64,000 nucleotides of DNA, taken from contig CALRHR010000002.1 in assembly GCA_943359485.1 (NCBI GenBank), positions 24,992 through 88,991 of the forward strand. Reading direction: 5' to 3'. The notes beneath the pieces are model-generated. The model did not search any database. It saw only the letters and a program-made list of their open reading frames with translations, and was not told the origin of the DNA. Below are positions 40,065-50,177 of this stretch, piece after piece. Within the stretch, counting starts at the first letter, position 1. Every line of letters begins with the position of its first letter. The translations under genes were made by a program, and so were the position numbers. The DNA is from Candidatus Nomurabacteria bacterium. GTDB taxonomy: Bacteria > Patescibacteriota > Minisyncoccia > Phycocordibacterales > UBA9973.

Positions 40065-40661
40065 ATGACCCAAATTTTTGACATTCCGCACATTATTAGC
40101 ACCTACGGTTATGTGGGCATTTTTATAATTGTTTTCTTCGAATCTGGAATATTTTTTGCTTTACCGGGGGATTCGCTACTTTTTACCGCTGGGCTGCTGG
40201 CTTCTGTGCTCAGTTTAGATATTGCATTTTTAATCCCACTTATTTTTGTCTCTACATTTTTGGGTGGCATTGTGGGTTATGAGATAGGGGTAAACCTAGA
40301 AAGACTGAGGAAATTTTCTTTTTTTCGAAGAATTTTTAAAGATACCTATATAGAAAAAACTCACGAATTTTTCGACAAGCATGGTTCTTTTACAGTCATA
40401 TTTTCACGATTTGTTCCAATTGTGAGAACTTTTGTGCCAATAGTCGCGGGGATAGTGCGCATGCGTTATGGTGTTTTTATTAAATATAGTTTAATAAGTT
40501 CATTTTTGTGGTCCACAACAGTTACACTGCTCGGATATTTCTTGGGGCAAATATTTCCGCATATCAAAAATTACATGTCTTGGATTATAATTTTGATTAT
40601 CATAGCTTCGATTTTGCCAATAATTTATGAATATACAAAAAAGCCGAAGCAGGATTTGTAA
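40065..40661 (+). CDS. DedA-family membrane protein
   Basis: GYVGIFIIVFFESGIFFALPGDSLLFTAG ... F.RFVPIVRTFVPIVAG is the canonical DedA/SNARE-associated core. Confidence 0.7.
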   Translation: MTQIFDIPHIISTYGYVGIFIIVFFESGIFFALPGDSLLFTAGLLASVLSLDIAFLIPLIFVSTFLGGIVGYEIGVNLERLRKFSFFRRIFKDTYIEKTHEFFDKHGSFTVIFSRFVPIVRTFVPIVAGIVRMRYGVFIKYSLISSFLWSTTVTLLGYFLGQIFPHIKNYMSWIIILIIIASILPIIYEYTKKPKQDL

Positions 40662-41562
40662 ACCATTTTATTTCTTTGTCGCGCTTAAACCAGGTCATCT
40701 GGCGTTTAGCGTATTTTAAAGTTTCGGAAATCACTTTATCGTGGGTTGGATTGTTGTATTCAAAGCCGAGCTCACGAAATCTTTTTTTTGAGACTCCAGA
40801 CTTTTTTAATTTTTTTATTTCACGAAGCAATCCAAACTGAAACATTCCTTTTACTCTTTTTTCTATTTTTTTCCTTAATTCATTTTCGGGTAAATATAAA
40901 CCAATTTTAATAAATTTATAACTTGAAGGAACAGTCTCCAAGCAGGGGACTCTGCCTAATGCCTTGGCTATCTCAATCGCTCGGATTAGTCTAACTTTAT
41001 TATTCTGTTCACTTTTATTTCTGATGTCTTGTGCTCTTTTTTGGTCTAGTTTTTTTAATGTTAGAAATAATGCTATCGCAGAAAATCTAACAAGTTGCTT
41101 ACGCAGTTTATTGTTTGGCGGGACTTCTGGGAAAATTGTGCCCCTAGTTACGGCATCAATATAAAATCCTGTGCCCCCGCAGATGATCGGGATATTTTTT
41201 CTATCAATAATTTCTTTTATTTTTTCTTCGGCAAGTTTTTTATATTCTGAAACGGTAAATTGCTTTTTTGGATTTGCGACATCCAATAAATGATGCGGTA
41301 TACCCTTCATTTCTTTTTTAGAAATTTTTCCCGTACCAATATCCAGGCCTTTGTAAACCTGCCTTGAGTCCGCAGAAATTATTTCTCCGCCAAATTTTTG
41401 AGCCGAAGGTCTCATCGAGCCTGAGGGCTTCTCAGAGCCTGAACGGCCTGAGCGAAGTCGAAGGGCAATTTTTACTGCCAAACTACTTTTTCCTGTGGCA
41501 GTTTGACCTAAAACTACAATAACTTTTTTTCTCATTTGATTTGGCGAAATCATGCCGCGCAA
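40600..41562 (-). CDS. miaA: tRNA dimethylallyltransferase
   Basis: P-loop VLGQTATGKS, GEIISADSRQVYKGLDIGTGK, and LIRAIE. It carries a ~20-aa GC-rich in-frame insert (RSGRSGSEKPSGSMRPSAQ) directly after the P-loop helix. The 3' end overlaps the DedA gene by 62 bp in convergent orientation. Confidence 0.85.
   Translation of the reverse strand: MRGMISPNQMRKKVIVVLGQTATGKSSLAVKIALRLRSGRSGSEKPSGSMRPSAQKFGGEIISADSRQVYKGLDIGTGKISKKEMKGIPHHLLDVANPKKQFTVSEYKKLAEEKIKEIIDRKNIPIICGGTGFYIDAVTRGTIFPEVPPNNKLRKQLVRFSAIALFLTLKKLDQKRAQDIRNKSEQNNKVRLIRAIEIAKALGRVPCLETVPSSYKFIKIGLYLPENELRKKIEKRVKGMFQFGLLREIKKLKKSGVSKKRFRELGFEYNNPTHDKVISETLKYAKRQMTWFKRDKEIKWFTNPASAFLYIHKLLAKSKL
41401..41468. repeat. GC-rich element inside miaA (in-frame insertion)
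   Basis: gagccgaaggtctcatcgagcctgagggcttctcagagcctgaacggcctgagcgaagtcgaagggca has internal gagcctga-type repeats and is far more GC-rich than the flanking sequence. Confidence 0.55.
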
Positions 41563-41569
41563 TCGTCCA

Positions 41570-42916
41570 TTAAAGCGCGGCCTTCAAAATTTTAATATCC
41601 GCGCCAATAGAATTTAATCTCGTAGCTATTTCTTCATAACCACGATTTATCATATAAACATTACGTAAAATAGAAATTCCTTTAGCGGCAAGCATACAAA
41701 TAAAGATTACCATTGATGGACGTAAAGCAGGTGGACAAACGACTTGGGCTGGTTTAAGGGGCGTACCACCTTGAATATAAAGACGATGTGGATCTGCTAG
41801 GGTAACATTAGCACCCAAGCGATTTAATTCAGTCATGTAAATCATTCGTACTTCATAAAACCAATCATGAATCATTGTTGTACCCTTGGCTTTGATAGCA
41901 ATTGGTACGAAAAAGGGTAGATTGTCTATATTTATTCCTGGATAAATATTGGCATGGATTTTATCTTCTAGGGCTTTTAATGTGCTAGGTAAAATTTCTA
42001 TATCAACAAGTTTAGTCCGACCATTATATGAATAATAATTTTTTGAAATTTTATATTTTAAATTCATTCTTTTTAATTTTTCCATTTCAAGAGAAAGAAA
42101 ATCTATTGGAACTCGAGTAATGGTCAGGTGTGAGTCAGTAACTATTCCAGCTGAAATAAACATCATTGATTCAATAGGATCTTCACTATTCCAATATTCA
42201 ATATTTTTATTTATTTCACTTACTCCATGTACAACAAGGGTTGAAGTGCCAATGCCATCTATTTTTATTCCTAATTTTTCTAAAAAGAAACAAACTTCTT
42301 GGACCATATAGTTATTGCTCATAAAACTTACCGTTGTATTTCCGGGAATTAAACTAGAAGCAAATAAAACATTTTCGCATGCAGTTTCCCCAGTCTCATA
42401 CATGACTATATCTCTTTCTTTGTTTTTTATTTTTTTCACAATTATTTCATAATTTTTTTCTGTTGTTTTTATTCTTACTCCAAGATCACTTAGAGCATAT
42501 ATATGGGCAGCAATAGTTCGTTTACCTAAATGGCATCCATGTGAATGAGGAATAGAAAAGTTGGATAGTTTATGAATGAGCGGACCAATTAGCATTATGA
42601 TCGAACGAGTTTTTGTTGCCGATTCAACATTAATATTTTCTAAAGTAAATTTCTTCGGAGGGGTAATCGTCACCGTGTTCTGGTCAAGCCACGATACTTT
42701 CACTCCAATACTTTCCAAAATTTCAATTACTCGATAGACTTCCTCAATGCGAGCAATGCCGTGCAGAGTCGTCGTGCCACTATTTAAAAGAGAAGCACAA
42801 AGCAAACCCACTGAACCATTTTTAGAAAAATTCGTCTTGATACTGCCACTTAATTTTTTCCCGCCATTTACTTCAAAATCGATAGAACTGTTTAATTGTA
42901 TTTTTGATTTTTTCAT
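41570..42916 (-). CDS. murA: UDP-N-acetylglucosamine 1-carboxyvinyltransferase
   Basis: EPT-fold two-domain protein with the N-terminal FEVNGGKKLSGSIKTNFSKNGSVGLLCASLL and a Cys-containing catalytic loop. Confidence 0.88.
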   Translation of the reverse strand: MKKSKIQLNSSIDFEVNGGKKLSGSIKTNFSKNGSVGLLCASLLNSGTTTLHGIARIEEVYRVIEILESIGVKVSWLDQNTVTITPPKKFTLENINVESATKTRSIIMLIGPLIHKLSNFSIPHSHGCHLGKRTIAAHIYALSDLGVRIKTTEKNYEIIVKKIKNKERDIVMYETGETACENVLFASSLIPGNTTVSFMSNNYMVQEVCFFLEKLGIKIDGIGTSTLVVHGVSEINKNIEYWNSEDPIESMMFISAGIVTDSHLTITRVPIDFLSLEMEKLKRMNLKYKISKNYYSYNGRTKLVDIEILPSTLKALEDKIHANIYPGINIDNLPFFVPIAIKAKGTTMIHDWFYEVRMIYMTELNRLGANVTLADPHRLYIQGGTPLKPAQVVCPPALRPSMVIFICMLAAKGISILRNVYMINRGYEEIATRLNSIGADIKILKAAL

Positions 42917-42932
42917 TTATTTATATTTTTTG

Positions 42933-43016
42933 TGCCGGAGGGGAGACTCGAACTCCCAAGGGGTTGCCCCCGATTGATTTTGAGTCAATTGCGGTTACCA
43001 ATTTCGCCACTCCGGC
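42933..43016 (-). tRNA. tRNA-Leu (anticodon CAA), type II with a long variable arm
   Basis: Reverse complement gccggag-tg-gcgaaattggtaaccgc-attga-ctCAAaa-tcaat-cgggggcaaccccttg-ggagttcgagtctccc-ctccggc-a. Confidence 0.8.
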
Positions 43017-43111
43017 AATTTTTTAAACATTCCGAACAAGCCAATACAATATACTAAGAAATCAACACAAAATCAACATTCGATTTTTAAAAAGTATGTT
43101 AAGATAAACCT

Positions 43112-44089
43112 ATGTCCAATTTGTATTCCAATTCAATTTTCTGGATAGATACTGACAAGATCAAACCAAATCCTTTTCAGCCAAGGCGGGATTTTGACGA
43201 AGCACGCTTGCGGGATTTGGCAGATTCTATAAAACAATACGGAGTGCTACAGCCATTGACAGTTTCTCGAACTGAATTAGAAAAAGAAGACGGTGGTCTT
43301 GTGACTGAATACGAATTGATTGCCGGAGAACGCAGACTTCGCGCTGCCAAGATGGCTGGAGTCTCGCAGGTGCCGGCAATTATCCGAGTTGGCGATACCG
43401 CCATGATGAAGCTCGAACTGGCCATCATCGAGAATCTCCAGCGTGAAGATTTGAATGTAGTTGACCGCGCTCGGGCCTTTTTTCGTTTGTATCATGAATT
43501 TAAATTTACCCACAATGAAATAGCTAAAAAAATGGGTAAAAGCAGGGAATATGTTTCCAACTCGCTACGCATTTTAACCTTGCCGGAAGAAATAATCGTT
43601 GGGGTATCAGAAGGTAAAATCACTGATGGGCATACTCGACCACTTTTGATGCTGGCTGACCATCCAGAGGAGCAGATGGTGCTTTTTAAAGAAATTATTT
43701 ACAAGAAAATCACTGTACGCGAAGCGGAAAGGCTGGCTCGCAAGATTGCCTATGACCGAGTACGCAAGAAAGAGTTTATGCCTGACCCAGAGATTACAGA
43801 ACTTGAAGAAGAATTTCAAGAAAAGCTCGGAACTCGCGTGCATATAGACAGAAAGGAATCAGGCGGACAAATTAAGATAGATTATTTTTCCACCGAAGAC
43901 TTGCGTACTATTCTAGAATTGATTCAAAAAGGAGATTCCATAAAAAACACTACAGAACTACTAGATAATCATATTGCCAAAAGCACCCTTCTAGAAGAAG
44001 TTCTAGAAACACCCGTAGATGACAGAAGTAAAGAGGAGATAAGGTCAGATGATGAAGACCTGTATAATATTTCTAATTTTAGCGTCTAA
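43112..44089 (+). CDS. parB: ParB/Spo0J-family partition protein
   Basis: ParB N-domain GVLQPLTV...ELIAGERRLRAAKMAGV..VPAIIR and an HTH NEIAKKMGKSREYVSNSLRIL. No parA is adjacent. Confidence 0.8.
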   Translation: MSNLYSNSIFWIDTDKIKPNPFQPRRDFDEARLRDLADSIKQYGVLQPLTVSRTELEKEDGGLVTEYELIAGERRLRAAKMAGVSQVPAIIRVGDTAMMKLELAIIENLQREDLNVVDRARAFFRLYHEFKFTHNEIAKKMGKSREYVSNSLRILTLPEEIIVGVSEGKITDGHTRPLLMLADHPEEQMVLFKEIIYKKITVREAERLARKIAYDRVRKKEFMPDPEITELEEEFQEKLGTRVHIDRKESGGQIKIDYFSTEDLRTILELIQKGDSIKNTTELLDNHIAKSTLLEEVLETPVDDRSKEEIRSDDEDLYNISNFSV

Positions 44090-45579
44090 GATTGCCCGAA
44101 AGATTTTAGCTTTGAAAGTAAGCTATTTTTTTCCAGATATGATTTTATATGTTTTTTAGCAATGGTTGTCTTTGTATATTCTAGCCATTTTGTAGATGGG
44201 TGAGCATCTTTTTTATTAATTATTTCTACTATATCTCCATTTTTTAATTTAGAGAAAATTTGCGACATTTTTCCATTTATTTTTGCGCCAGAAATATGGT
44301 TACCGATATCTGTGTGTATCGAATAAGCAAAGTCTATTGGATTTGAGTCTTCTGGTAAATCGACGACATCACCTTTTGGCGTGTAGATAAAAATACGGTC
44401 ATTAAAAAAATCCATTTTAAGATGTTCGAGAAACTTCTTTGGTTCATCTGGCGAATAATTTAATTCTTTTAATTCTTCGATCCAGTTAAATTTACTTAAA
44501 TCATTTTGAATTTTATAAGAGACTTTCTTGTTACCTTGTTCCTTGTAGGCAAAGTGCGCGGCAATACCATAGGCAGCTTCTGCGTGCATTTCTTTTGTTC
44601 TTATTTGAATTTCCGCTGTTCCACCATTGCCTGTAAAAATAGTAGTATGAATAGATCGGTAGCCATTTGGCTTAGGGACTGCAATATAGTCTTTAATCCT
44701 CCCAGGCAGGGGTTTCCAGATAGAATGTACTAGTCCTAAAACCCTATAACATTCTTCAATATTTTCGACAACGACACGCAAAGCCACGACATCAAATATT
44801 TTTTCAATATCCATTTCACGCTTGGAAAGTTTTTTCCATAAGCTATATTTATGTTTCAATCGGTAGTTAATTTCAACTACTTTGATTTTATTTTTATTTA
44901 ATTCTTTTTCAAGCTCTCTTTGTACTTCTGATAAATTTTTCTCATATACATCTTTTTTTTCTTTTAGTATTTCTTCTATCTGCTCGTATTCTTTTGTATA
45001 AGCATAAGGAAAAGCAGCATCTTCTAGTTCGCCTTTTAATTTTCCCATTCCGAGACGGTTGGCAAGCGGAGCATAAACTTCGATAGATTCGATAGCAATT
45101 CTTGTTCTTTTATCAGGGCGCACGAATTCCAGTGTTCTTAAATTATGTAGTCGGTCAGCAAATTTTACGATTACTACTCGTAGGTCATTAGCCATAGCCA
45201 CAAAGAATTTTCGCAGAGATTCCACATGGCGCTCATGTCCACGATATTTTAGAGTTCCCAATTTTGTTACACCCTTTATCAAAAATAAAATATCATCACC
45301 AAATATTTTTTGTATTTCTTCTTCTGTTGTTTTTGTATCTTCGAGCACATCGTGTAGCAACCCAGTAGCAATAGTTTGTATATCCATTCCCATCTTAGCT
45401 AAAATTTTTGCAGTTTCAAAAACATGGATAAAATAAGGTTCTCCACTTAATCTTTTTTGTCCTAAATGCGCATTCTCGGCAAAAACAAAAGCTTTATTTA
45501 GAAGTTCTACTTCTTTTTTACTTAATCCGTTTTCTATAAGATCAATGATTTCAGTTACATTTTTTGTGGTATTCGGCAT
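44086..45579 (-). CDS. rel: Short RelA/SpoT-family (p)ppGpp synthetase/hydrolase (HD, synthetase and TGS domains; no ACT)
   Basis: HD motif HLGQKRLSGEPYFIHVFETA...LLHDVLEDT, synthetase motif RIKDYIAVPKPNGYRSIHTTI, and a TGS domain (IFIYTPKGDVVDLPEDSNPIDFAYSIHTDIG). 497 aa. Confidence 0.8.
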   Translation of the reverse strand: MPNTTKNVTEIIDLIENGLSKKEVELLNKAFVFAENAHLGQKRLSGEPYFIHVFETAKILAKMGMDIQTIATGLLHDVLEDTKTTEEEIQKIFGDDILFLIKGVTKLGTLKYRGHERHVESLRKFFVAMANDLRVVIVKFADRLHNLRTLEFVRPDKRTRIAIESIEVYAPLANRLGMGKLKGELEDAAFPYAYTKEYEQIEEILKEKKDVYEKNLSEVQRELEKELNKNKIKVVEINYRLKHKYSLWKKLSKREMDIEKIFDVVALRVVVENIEECYRVLGLVHSIWKPLPGRIKDYIAVPKPNGYRSIHTTIFTGNGGTAEIQIRTKEMHAEAAYGIAAHFAYKEQGNKKVSYKIQNDLSKFNWIEELKELNYSPDEPKKFLEHLKMDFFNDRIFIYTPKGDVVDLPEDSNPIDFAYSIHTDIGNHISGAKINGKMSQIFSKLKNGDIVEIINKKDAHPSTKWLEYTKTTIAKKHIKSYLEKNSLLSKLKSFGQS

Positions 45580-45602
45580 ATTGTCATTATACCTTTTTTT
45601 AT

Positions 45603-47849
45603 TCAGGATTCAATTTTAGGTATTTTATGAGGATTATGCATAATACAAGCTTTATTACTACAGCGTTCAGGTATAGTTTTTGTGCCTTCCATCATTAAAG
45701 ACCCACATTCTTTGCAAATATTTCCTGTTGGTTTGGCTTTGATAGCAAATTTACAATCTGGATAATTTGAGCAAGAATAAAAAATGCCAAATCTGCCTCG
45801 TCTTTCAGAGATGTCACCTACTTTGCAAGTCGGACACAGTACCCCTGTTCTTTTTTTAGCTTCACTTGCTTCGTCTTTTTTAATAAATTTACATTTTGGA
45901 TAACGAGAACAAGAGATGAAACTACCAGTGCCGTCGCGACGCTCCTTGATGACGAGTTTTCCTCCCATATCTTTCTTTCTTTTCCCCCCAGCCTCTGCTT
46001 TCGCTACGGCGGGCGCAGAACACTCTGGGCACGGTTCGCCAGTTTCTTCAGGTCCTTTTAATTCTGTACCATCCAACATTAATGCTCCATCACATTCTGG
46101 ATATTTTGAACAAGAATAAAATTTTCCTCCGCGCGAAAGTTTTATAATCATTTTTTCTCCACATTTTGGACATTTTGTACCTTCCGGTGCATCACCGAGG
46201 TTAGTAGCTTTTTCTAATTTTTCCTTCAACTTAACATCTTTTAAAAATGGTCCATAGAAATCTCTAAGTGTTTTTTCATATTCGCGTTCACCTCGAGAAA
46301 TTTCATCTAACTCATTTTCCATCTCGGCGGTAAAAGTGTCCGAAATATAATTAGCGAAATGTTTTTCCAAGAAATCAGACACCACTTCGCCTGTATCTGT
46401 CGGGAATAAAGTTTTTCCCTCTTTTTTTACATAACCTCGTTCTTCGATTGTTTTCATAATAGACGCATAAGTGGAAGGCCTACCGATGTCTCTCGCTTCC
46501 AGTTCTTTAATAAGTCCAGCTTCACTATACCTGCCGAGTGGTTCAGTAAATTTTTCTTCGTTTTGTAGGTCTAAAAGTTTTAATTCTTCTCCGAGGGCAC
46601 ACTTTGGTAGTTCGACATCTTCACCTCGAGCACCTGTATCTACTGCGAGCCAACCAGGGAAAAGAAGACGGGAACCAGTAACCCCAAAGTCCGGAAGGTC
46701 TTCATGATCTACTATTTGAGCACTTACTTTTGTTTTTAATAATTTTGCATCAGACATTTGTGATGAGACAGCTCGCTCCCAGATGAGTTTGTAGAGTCTG
46801 TCTTGTTCGTCATTTCCTGTGTGAAGTTTGTCTATATGGGTTGGACGGATGGCCTCATGGGCTTCTTGGGCGTTTTTGGATTTTGTTTTATAAATTCTTG
46901 ATTGCATATAAGTTTCTCCATATTCTTTTTTTATAAAAGCTAAAATAGCATTCTGAGCGACCACGCCGAGAGTTGTGCTGTCTGTCCTCATATATGTTAT
47001 GTGTCCTCCCTCATAGAGTTTTTGGGCTATTTGCATTGTGCGTGAAGGGGAGTAGCCAAGGCGTGAACTCGCAGTCTGCTGTAGGGTCGAAGTTGTGAAA
47101 GGTGCGCGCGGAGTTCGTTTTTGTTCAGATTCTTTTACTTCAGAAATTTTCCAACTTCCATTATTTCCAGCTTCCATTATTTCTGTGACCAGTTTTGAAT
47201 CGCGTGGCTCTTTGGAACAAGTTAGAGTAATTTGATCTTTTTTAAGAGTTTGGAATAAACCAAAAATTCTCCAATATTTTTCGGGGACAAAAGCACGAAT
47301 TTCTCTTTCACGCTCCATAATGATCCGAAGTGCCGGAGACTGTACTCGTCCAGCTGAAAGTCCATAGCGAACTTTTTTCCAAATGAGTCCAGAGAGATCG
47401 TAACCAACTAATCGATCCAGCACTCGACGCGCTTCTTGTGCCTTGCGCAGATTTGTGTCAATTTTCCGTGGATGTTGCAGGGCTTCTTTTACAGCTTCTT
47501 TGGTAATTTCATGAAATGCCACTCGCTCAATAGAAGCTTTGACTTTTGGGTCTTCATTTAAAAGTGTCTCTATGTGCCAAGCAATCGCTTCGCCTTCACG
47601 GTCTGGGTCAGTCGCGAGAATTATTTCATTTGCTTTTTCTGCCAAGTGCTGAAGTTCGTGTACAATTTTTTCTTTTCCTTTTGAAATTTCATAATGCGGA
47701 ACAAAACCGCCCTCAATGTCTATGGCTGTTTTGTTTGATTTTGGTAAATCACGAATGTGCCCCACTGACGCGCGTACAGTGAATTCTCCCTCGAGATATT
47801 TCTCTATAGTTTTTGCTTTTGATGGTGACTCAACGATAAGAAGTTTCAT
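45603..47849 (-). CDS. topA: DNA topoisomerase I
   Basis: Toprim domain (KLLIVESPSKAKTIEKYL...RASVGHIRDLP), the catalytic Tyr region, and C-terminal repeated C4 zinc ribbons. Confidence 0.95.
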   Translation of the reverse strand: MKLLIVESPSKAKTIEKYLEGEFTVRASVGHIRDLPKSNKTAIDIEGGFVPHYEISKGKEKIVHELQHLAEKANEIILATDPDREGEAIAWHIETLLNEDPKVKASIERVAFHEITKEAVKEALQHPRKIDTNLRKAQEARRVLDRLVGYDLSGLIWKKVRYGLSAGRVQSPALRIIMEREREIRAFVPEKYWRIFGLFQTLKKDQITLTCSKEPRDSKLVTEIMEAGNNGSWKISEVKESEQKRTPRAPFTTSTLQQTASSRLGYSPSRTMQIAQKLYEGGHITYMRTDSTTLGVVAQNAILAFIKKEYGETYMQSRIYKTKSKNAQEAHEAIRPTHIDKLHTGNDEQDRLYKLIWERAVSSQMSDAKLLKTKVSAQIVDHEDLPDFGVTGSRLLFPGWLAVDTGARGEDVELPKCALGEELKLLDLQNEEKFTEPLGRYSEAGLIKELEARDIGRPSTYASIMKTIEERGYVKKEGKTLFPTDTGEVVSDFLEKHFANYISDTFTAEMENELDEISRGEREYEKTLRDFYGPFLKDVKLKEKLEKATNLGDAPEGTKCPKCGEKMIIKLSRGGKFYSCSKYPECDGALMLDGTELKGPEETGEPCPECSAPAVAKAEAGGKRKKDMGGKLVIKERRDGTGSFISCSRYPKCKFIKKDEASEAKKRTGVLCPTCKVGDISERRGRFGIFYSCSNYPDCKFAIKAKPTGNICKECGSLMMEGTKTIPERCSNKACIMHNPHKIPKIES

Positions 47850-47958
47850 ATAAATTAGTTTCTAGGTGCTAGTGACCAGTTGCTAGTGAAAATTTTACAA
47901 ACTAGAACCTAATTCACAGTATTACATGAAATAGTTTTTCAATGCAAATTTAGAGAAA

Positions 47959-48822
47959 TTAAGCTAGCCTAATCTCACCCATTTCTTCTTTTATCAATCC
48001 TTTGATTTCCATGACAGAAAGCAGGGCATTAGCTTGTGCTGTACTTTTTTGCATCATTCTGATCAGATCATCTCTGGCTTGAGGTTCGCGAAGAAGTTTC
48101 ATGACCTCTTTTTCTTCTGGCCGTGCGTCCGCAAATAGACTTTCTTGTTTACTTTGTTCATCCACTTTAAATCCGAGAGCTCTTAAAATATCCTCCGGGG
48201 AAGTTATAGGGGTCGCTCCATTTTGGATAAGTTTATTTGTGCCTTTTGAATTTGGAGAATAAATATTTCCCGGTACTGCCAATACTTCTCGATTATAATC
48301 GAGAGCCATGCGCGCCGTTATGAGAGTTCCAGATTTTTCTTCGGCTTCTATTATCAGAGCCGCTTTTGAAATGCCTGCTACGAGCCTGTTACGCATCGGA
48401 AAAGTATAATACTGCGCCTTCATGTCCGGTTCAAATTCAGAAAGTATGCAACCGCCCGCCTCAATTATCCTGTGAGCTAGTTTTAAACTAGTCGGAGGAA
48501 AGAATACTTCATCAGAAATTCCCGATCCAGGAAATGCTACAGCCAAGAGTCCCGCATTTAGGGCTGCTTCATGTGAAAGAGAATCTATGCCCATAGCCAG
48601 GCCGGAAACAATAGCAATAGGGTAACCTCGCAATCCCTCGATTAATTTTCTGACAATATCTTTACCATAAGTAGTACACTTACGCGAACCGACGACTGCC
48701 AAGCACACAGTCCCTGGGGGCGGAAGTTTCCCCGCGATGTATAATTTTGTCGGTGGTTGTGGAATTTCTTTTAAACCTTCGGGAATATCTTTTCCCTCAA
48801 GAATTTTCAAATCGAATTTCAT
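47959..48822 (-). CDS. dprA: DNA processing protein DprA (Smf)
   Basis: Rossmann-like core AVVGSRKCTTYGK...GLAMGIDSLSHEAAL. It lies upstream of topA, as is commonly conserved. Confidence 0.85.
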   Translation of the reverse strand: MKFDLKILEGKDIPEGLKEIPQPPTKLYIAGKLPPPGTVCLAVVGSRKCTTYGKDIVRKLIEGLRGYPIAIVSGLAMGIDSLSHEAALNAGLLAVAFPGSGISDEVFFPPTSLKLAHRIIEAGGCILSEFEPDMKAQYYTFPMRNRLVAGISKAALIIEAEEKSGTLITARMALDYNREVLAVPGNIYSPNSKGTNKLIQNGATPITSPEDILRALGFKVDEQSKQESLFADARPEEKEVMKLLREPQARDDLIRMMQKSTAQANALLSVMEIKGLIKEEMGEIRLA

Positions 48823-48860
48823 ATTTTGTAATTTTATTAATTTTATTATATACTACTTAT

Positions 48861-50129
48861 ATGCTAGACATCAAATTCATTCGGGAGAATAAAAACATCG
48901 TGCAGGCCGGCGCCAAAAAGAAGCATGTCGAGATAGATATTGAAAAGCTTATTACGCTGGATGATGAACGGCTAAAAGTCTTAAAAGAAGTCGAGGACTT
49001 ACGCGCAGAAGTAAACAGGGTTTCGAGTGGAATCTCTCGCGACCAAGAATCCTCGCACAAGGTTCAGCTCATCGAAGAGATGAGGATTGTCAAAGAAGAA
49101 ATAAAAGAGAAAGAAGAAAAATTAAAACAAATAATCGAAGAGTGGCAAAAATTAATGCTACAAGTACCAAATGTGCCGGATATTTCTGTTCCAGATGGCG
49201 AAACAGACGCAGAAAACCAGGAGGTAAAAGTTTGGGGGGAAATTCCTAAATTTGATTTTACTCCAAAAAGTCATGTGGAACTTATGTTGCTTCATGATAT
49301 GGCAGATTTTGAACGCGGGAGTAAGGTGGCTGGCTTTCGTGGATATTTTATGAAAAATGATGGGGCTCGTTTGGAATGGGCATTAATGCGTTTTGTTGAA
49401 GATCGTTTTATAGACCGCGAAGGTTTTACTCCGATGATTGTACCATCTCTTTTGCGTCGCGAGTCTTTTGTGGGCACAGGATATTTACCTCAAAGCGAAG
49501 ATGATTTATACAAAACTCAAGATGACACTTATCTTGCGGGGACAGCCGAAGTAGCTATGATGGGTTATTATATGAATGAGGTATTGGATAAGAAAAATCT
49601 ACCCCTTAAATTTTTCTGTTTCTCTCCATGTTTTCGTCGTGAAGCTGGAAGTCACGGAAAAGACACCAAGGGGATATTCAGAATTCACGAATTTGTAAAA
49701 TATGAGCAAGTTGTTTTATGTGAGGCTTCTCACGAAGAGTCTAGGCGTCTGCACGAAGAACTTACCGCAAACTCCGAAGCCCTTTTACAAGAGCTACAGC
49801 TTCCATATCATGTGGTTGTAAATTGTGGTGGAGATCTGGGCTTGGGTCAGGTAAAAAAATATGACATAGAGGCATGGATGCCAAGCGATAATAAATATAG
49901 AGAGACTCACTCGTCTTCTTACTTTCATGATTTTCAAACGAGGAGGCTTGGTATCAGATATAAAGACGAAAATGGTAAACTACACTTTGTTCATTCTTTA
50001 AACAACACAGCGCTCGCCATGCCTCGTATAATGTGCCAAATAGTTGAAAACTATCAACAGGCTGACGGTTCAATAAAAATTCCAGAAGTCTTACGAAAAT
50101 ACATGGGAGGGAGGGAGTTTATAAAATAA
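48861..50129 (+). CDS. serS: Seryl-tRNA synthetase
   Basis: N-terminal coiled coil; class II motifs FRREAGSHGKDTKGIFRIHEF (motif 2) and GLG...RTL-like (motif 3). The start was moved to ATG 48861 (MLDIKFIRENK). Confidence 0.9.
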   Translation: MLDIKFIRENKNIVQAGAKKKHVEIDIEKLITLDDERLKVLKEVEDLRAEVNRVSSGISRDQESSHKVQLIEEMRIVKEEIKEKEEKLKQIIEEWQKLMLQVPNVPDISVPDGETDAENQEVKVWGEIPKFDFTPKSHVELMLLHDMADFERGSKVAGFRGYFMKNDGARLEWALMRFVEDRFIDREGFTPMIVPSLLRRESFVGTGYLPQSEDDLYKTQDDTYLAGTAEVAMMGYYMNEVLDKKNLPLKFFCFSPCFRREAGSHGKDTKGIFRIHEFVKYEQVVLCEASHEESRRLHEELTANSEALLQELQLPYHVVVNCGGDLGLGQVKKYDIEAWMPSDNKYRETHSSSYFHDFQTRRLGIRYKDENGKLHFVHSLNNTALAMPRIMCQIVENYQQADGSIKIPEVLRKYMGGREFIK

Positions 50130-50132
50130 ATA

Positions 50133-50171
50133 CAAGGCAAGACCTTGTATTTTGTACAAGGTCTTGCCTTG
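50133..50171. other. Perfect 17-bp inverted repeat hairpin 4 nt after the serS stop
   Basis: caaggcaagaccttgta-ttttg-tacaaggtcttgccttg. There is no downstream U-tract, and the next ATG is 7 nt beyond the hairpin. Confidence 0.5.
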
Positions 50172-50177
50172 ATAACT

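Noticed and set aside
39890-40081. 63-aa ORF
   Set aside because: It runs across tRNA-Trp (39950-40020) and the DedA start. It is spurious.
43025-43111. Repeated aatcaaca motifs upstream of parB, as a possible parS
   Set aside because: It is not palindromic and does not resemble the conserved parS consensus. It is most likely an AT-rich spacer.
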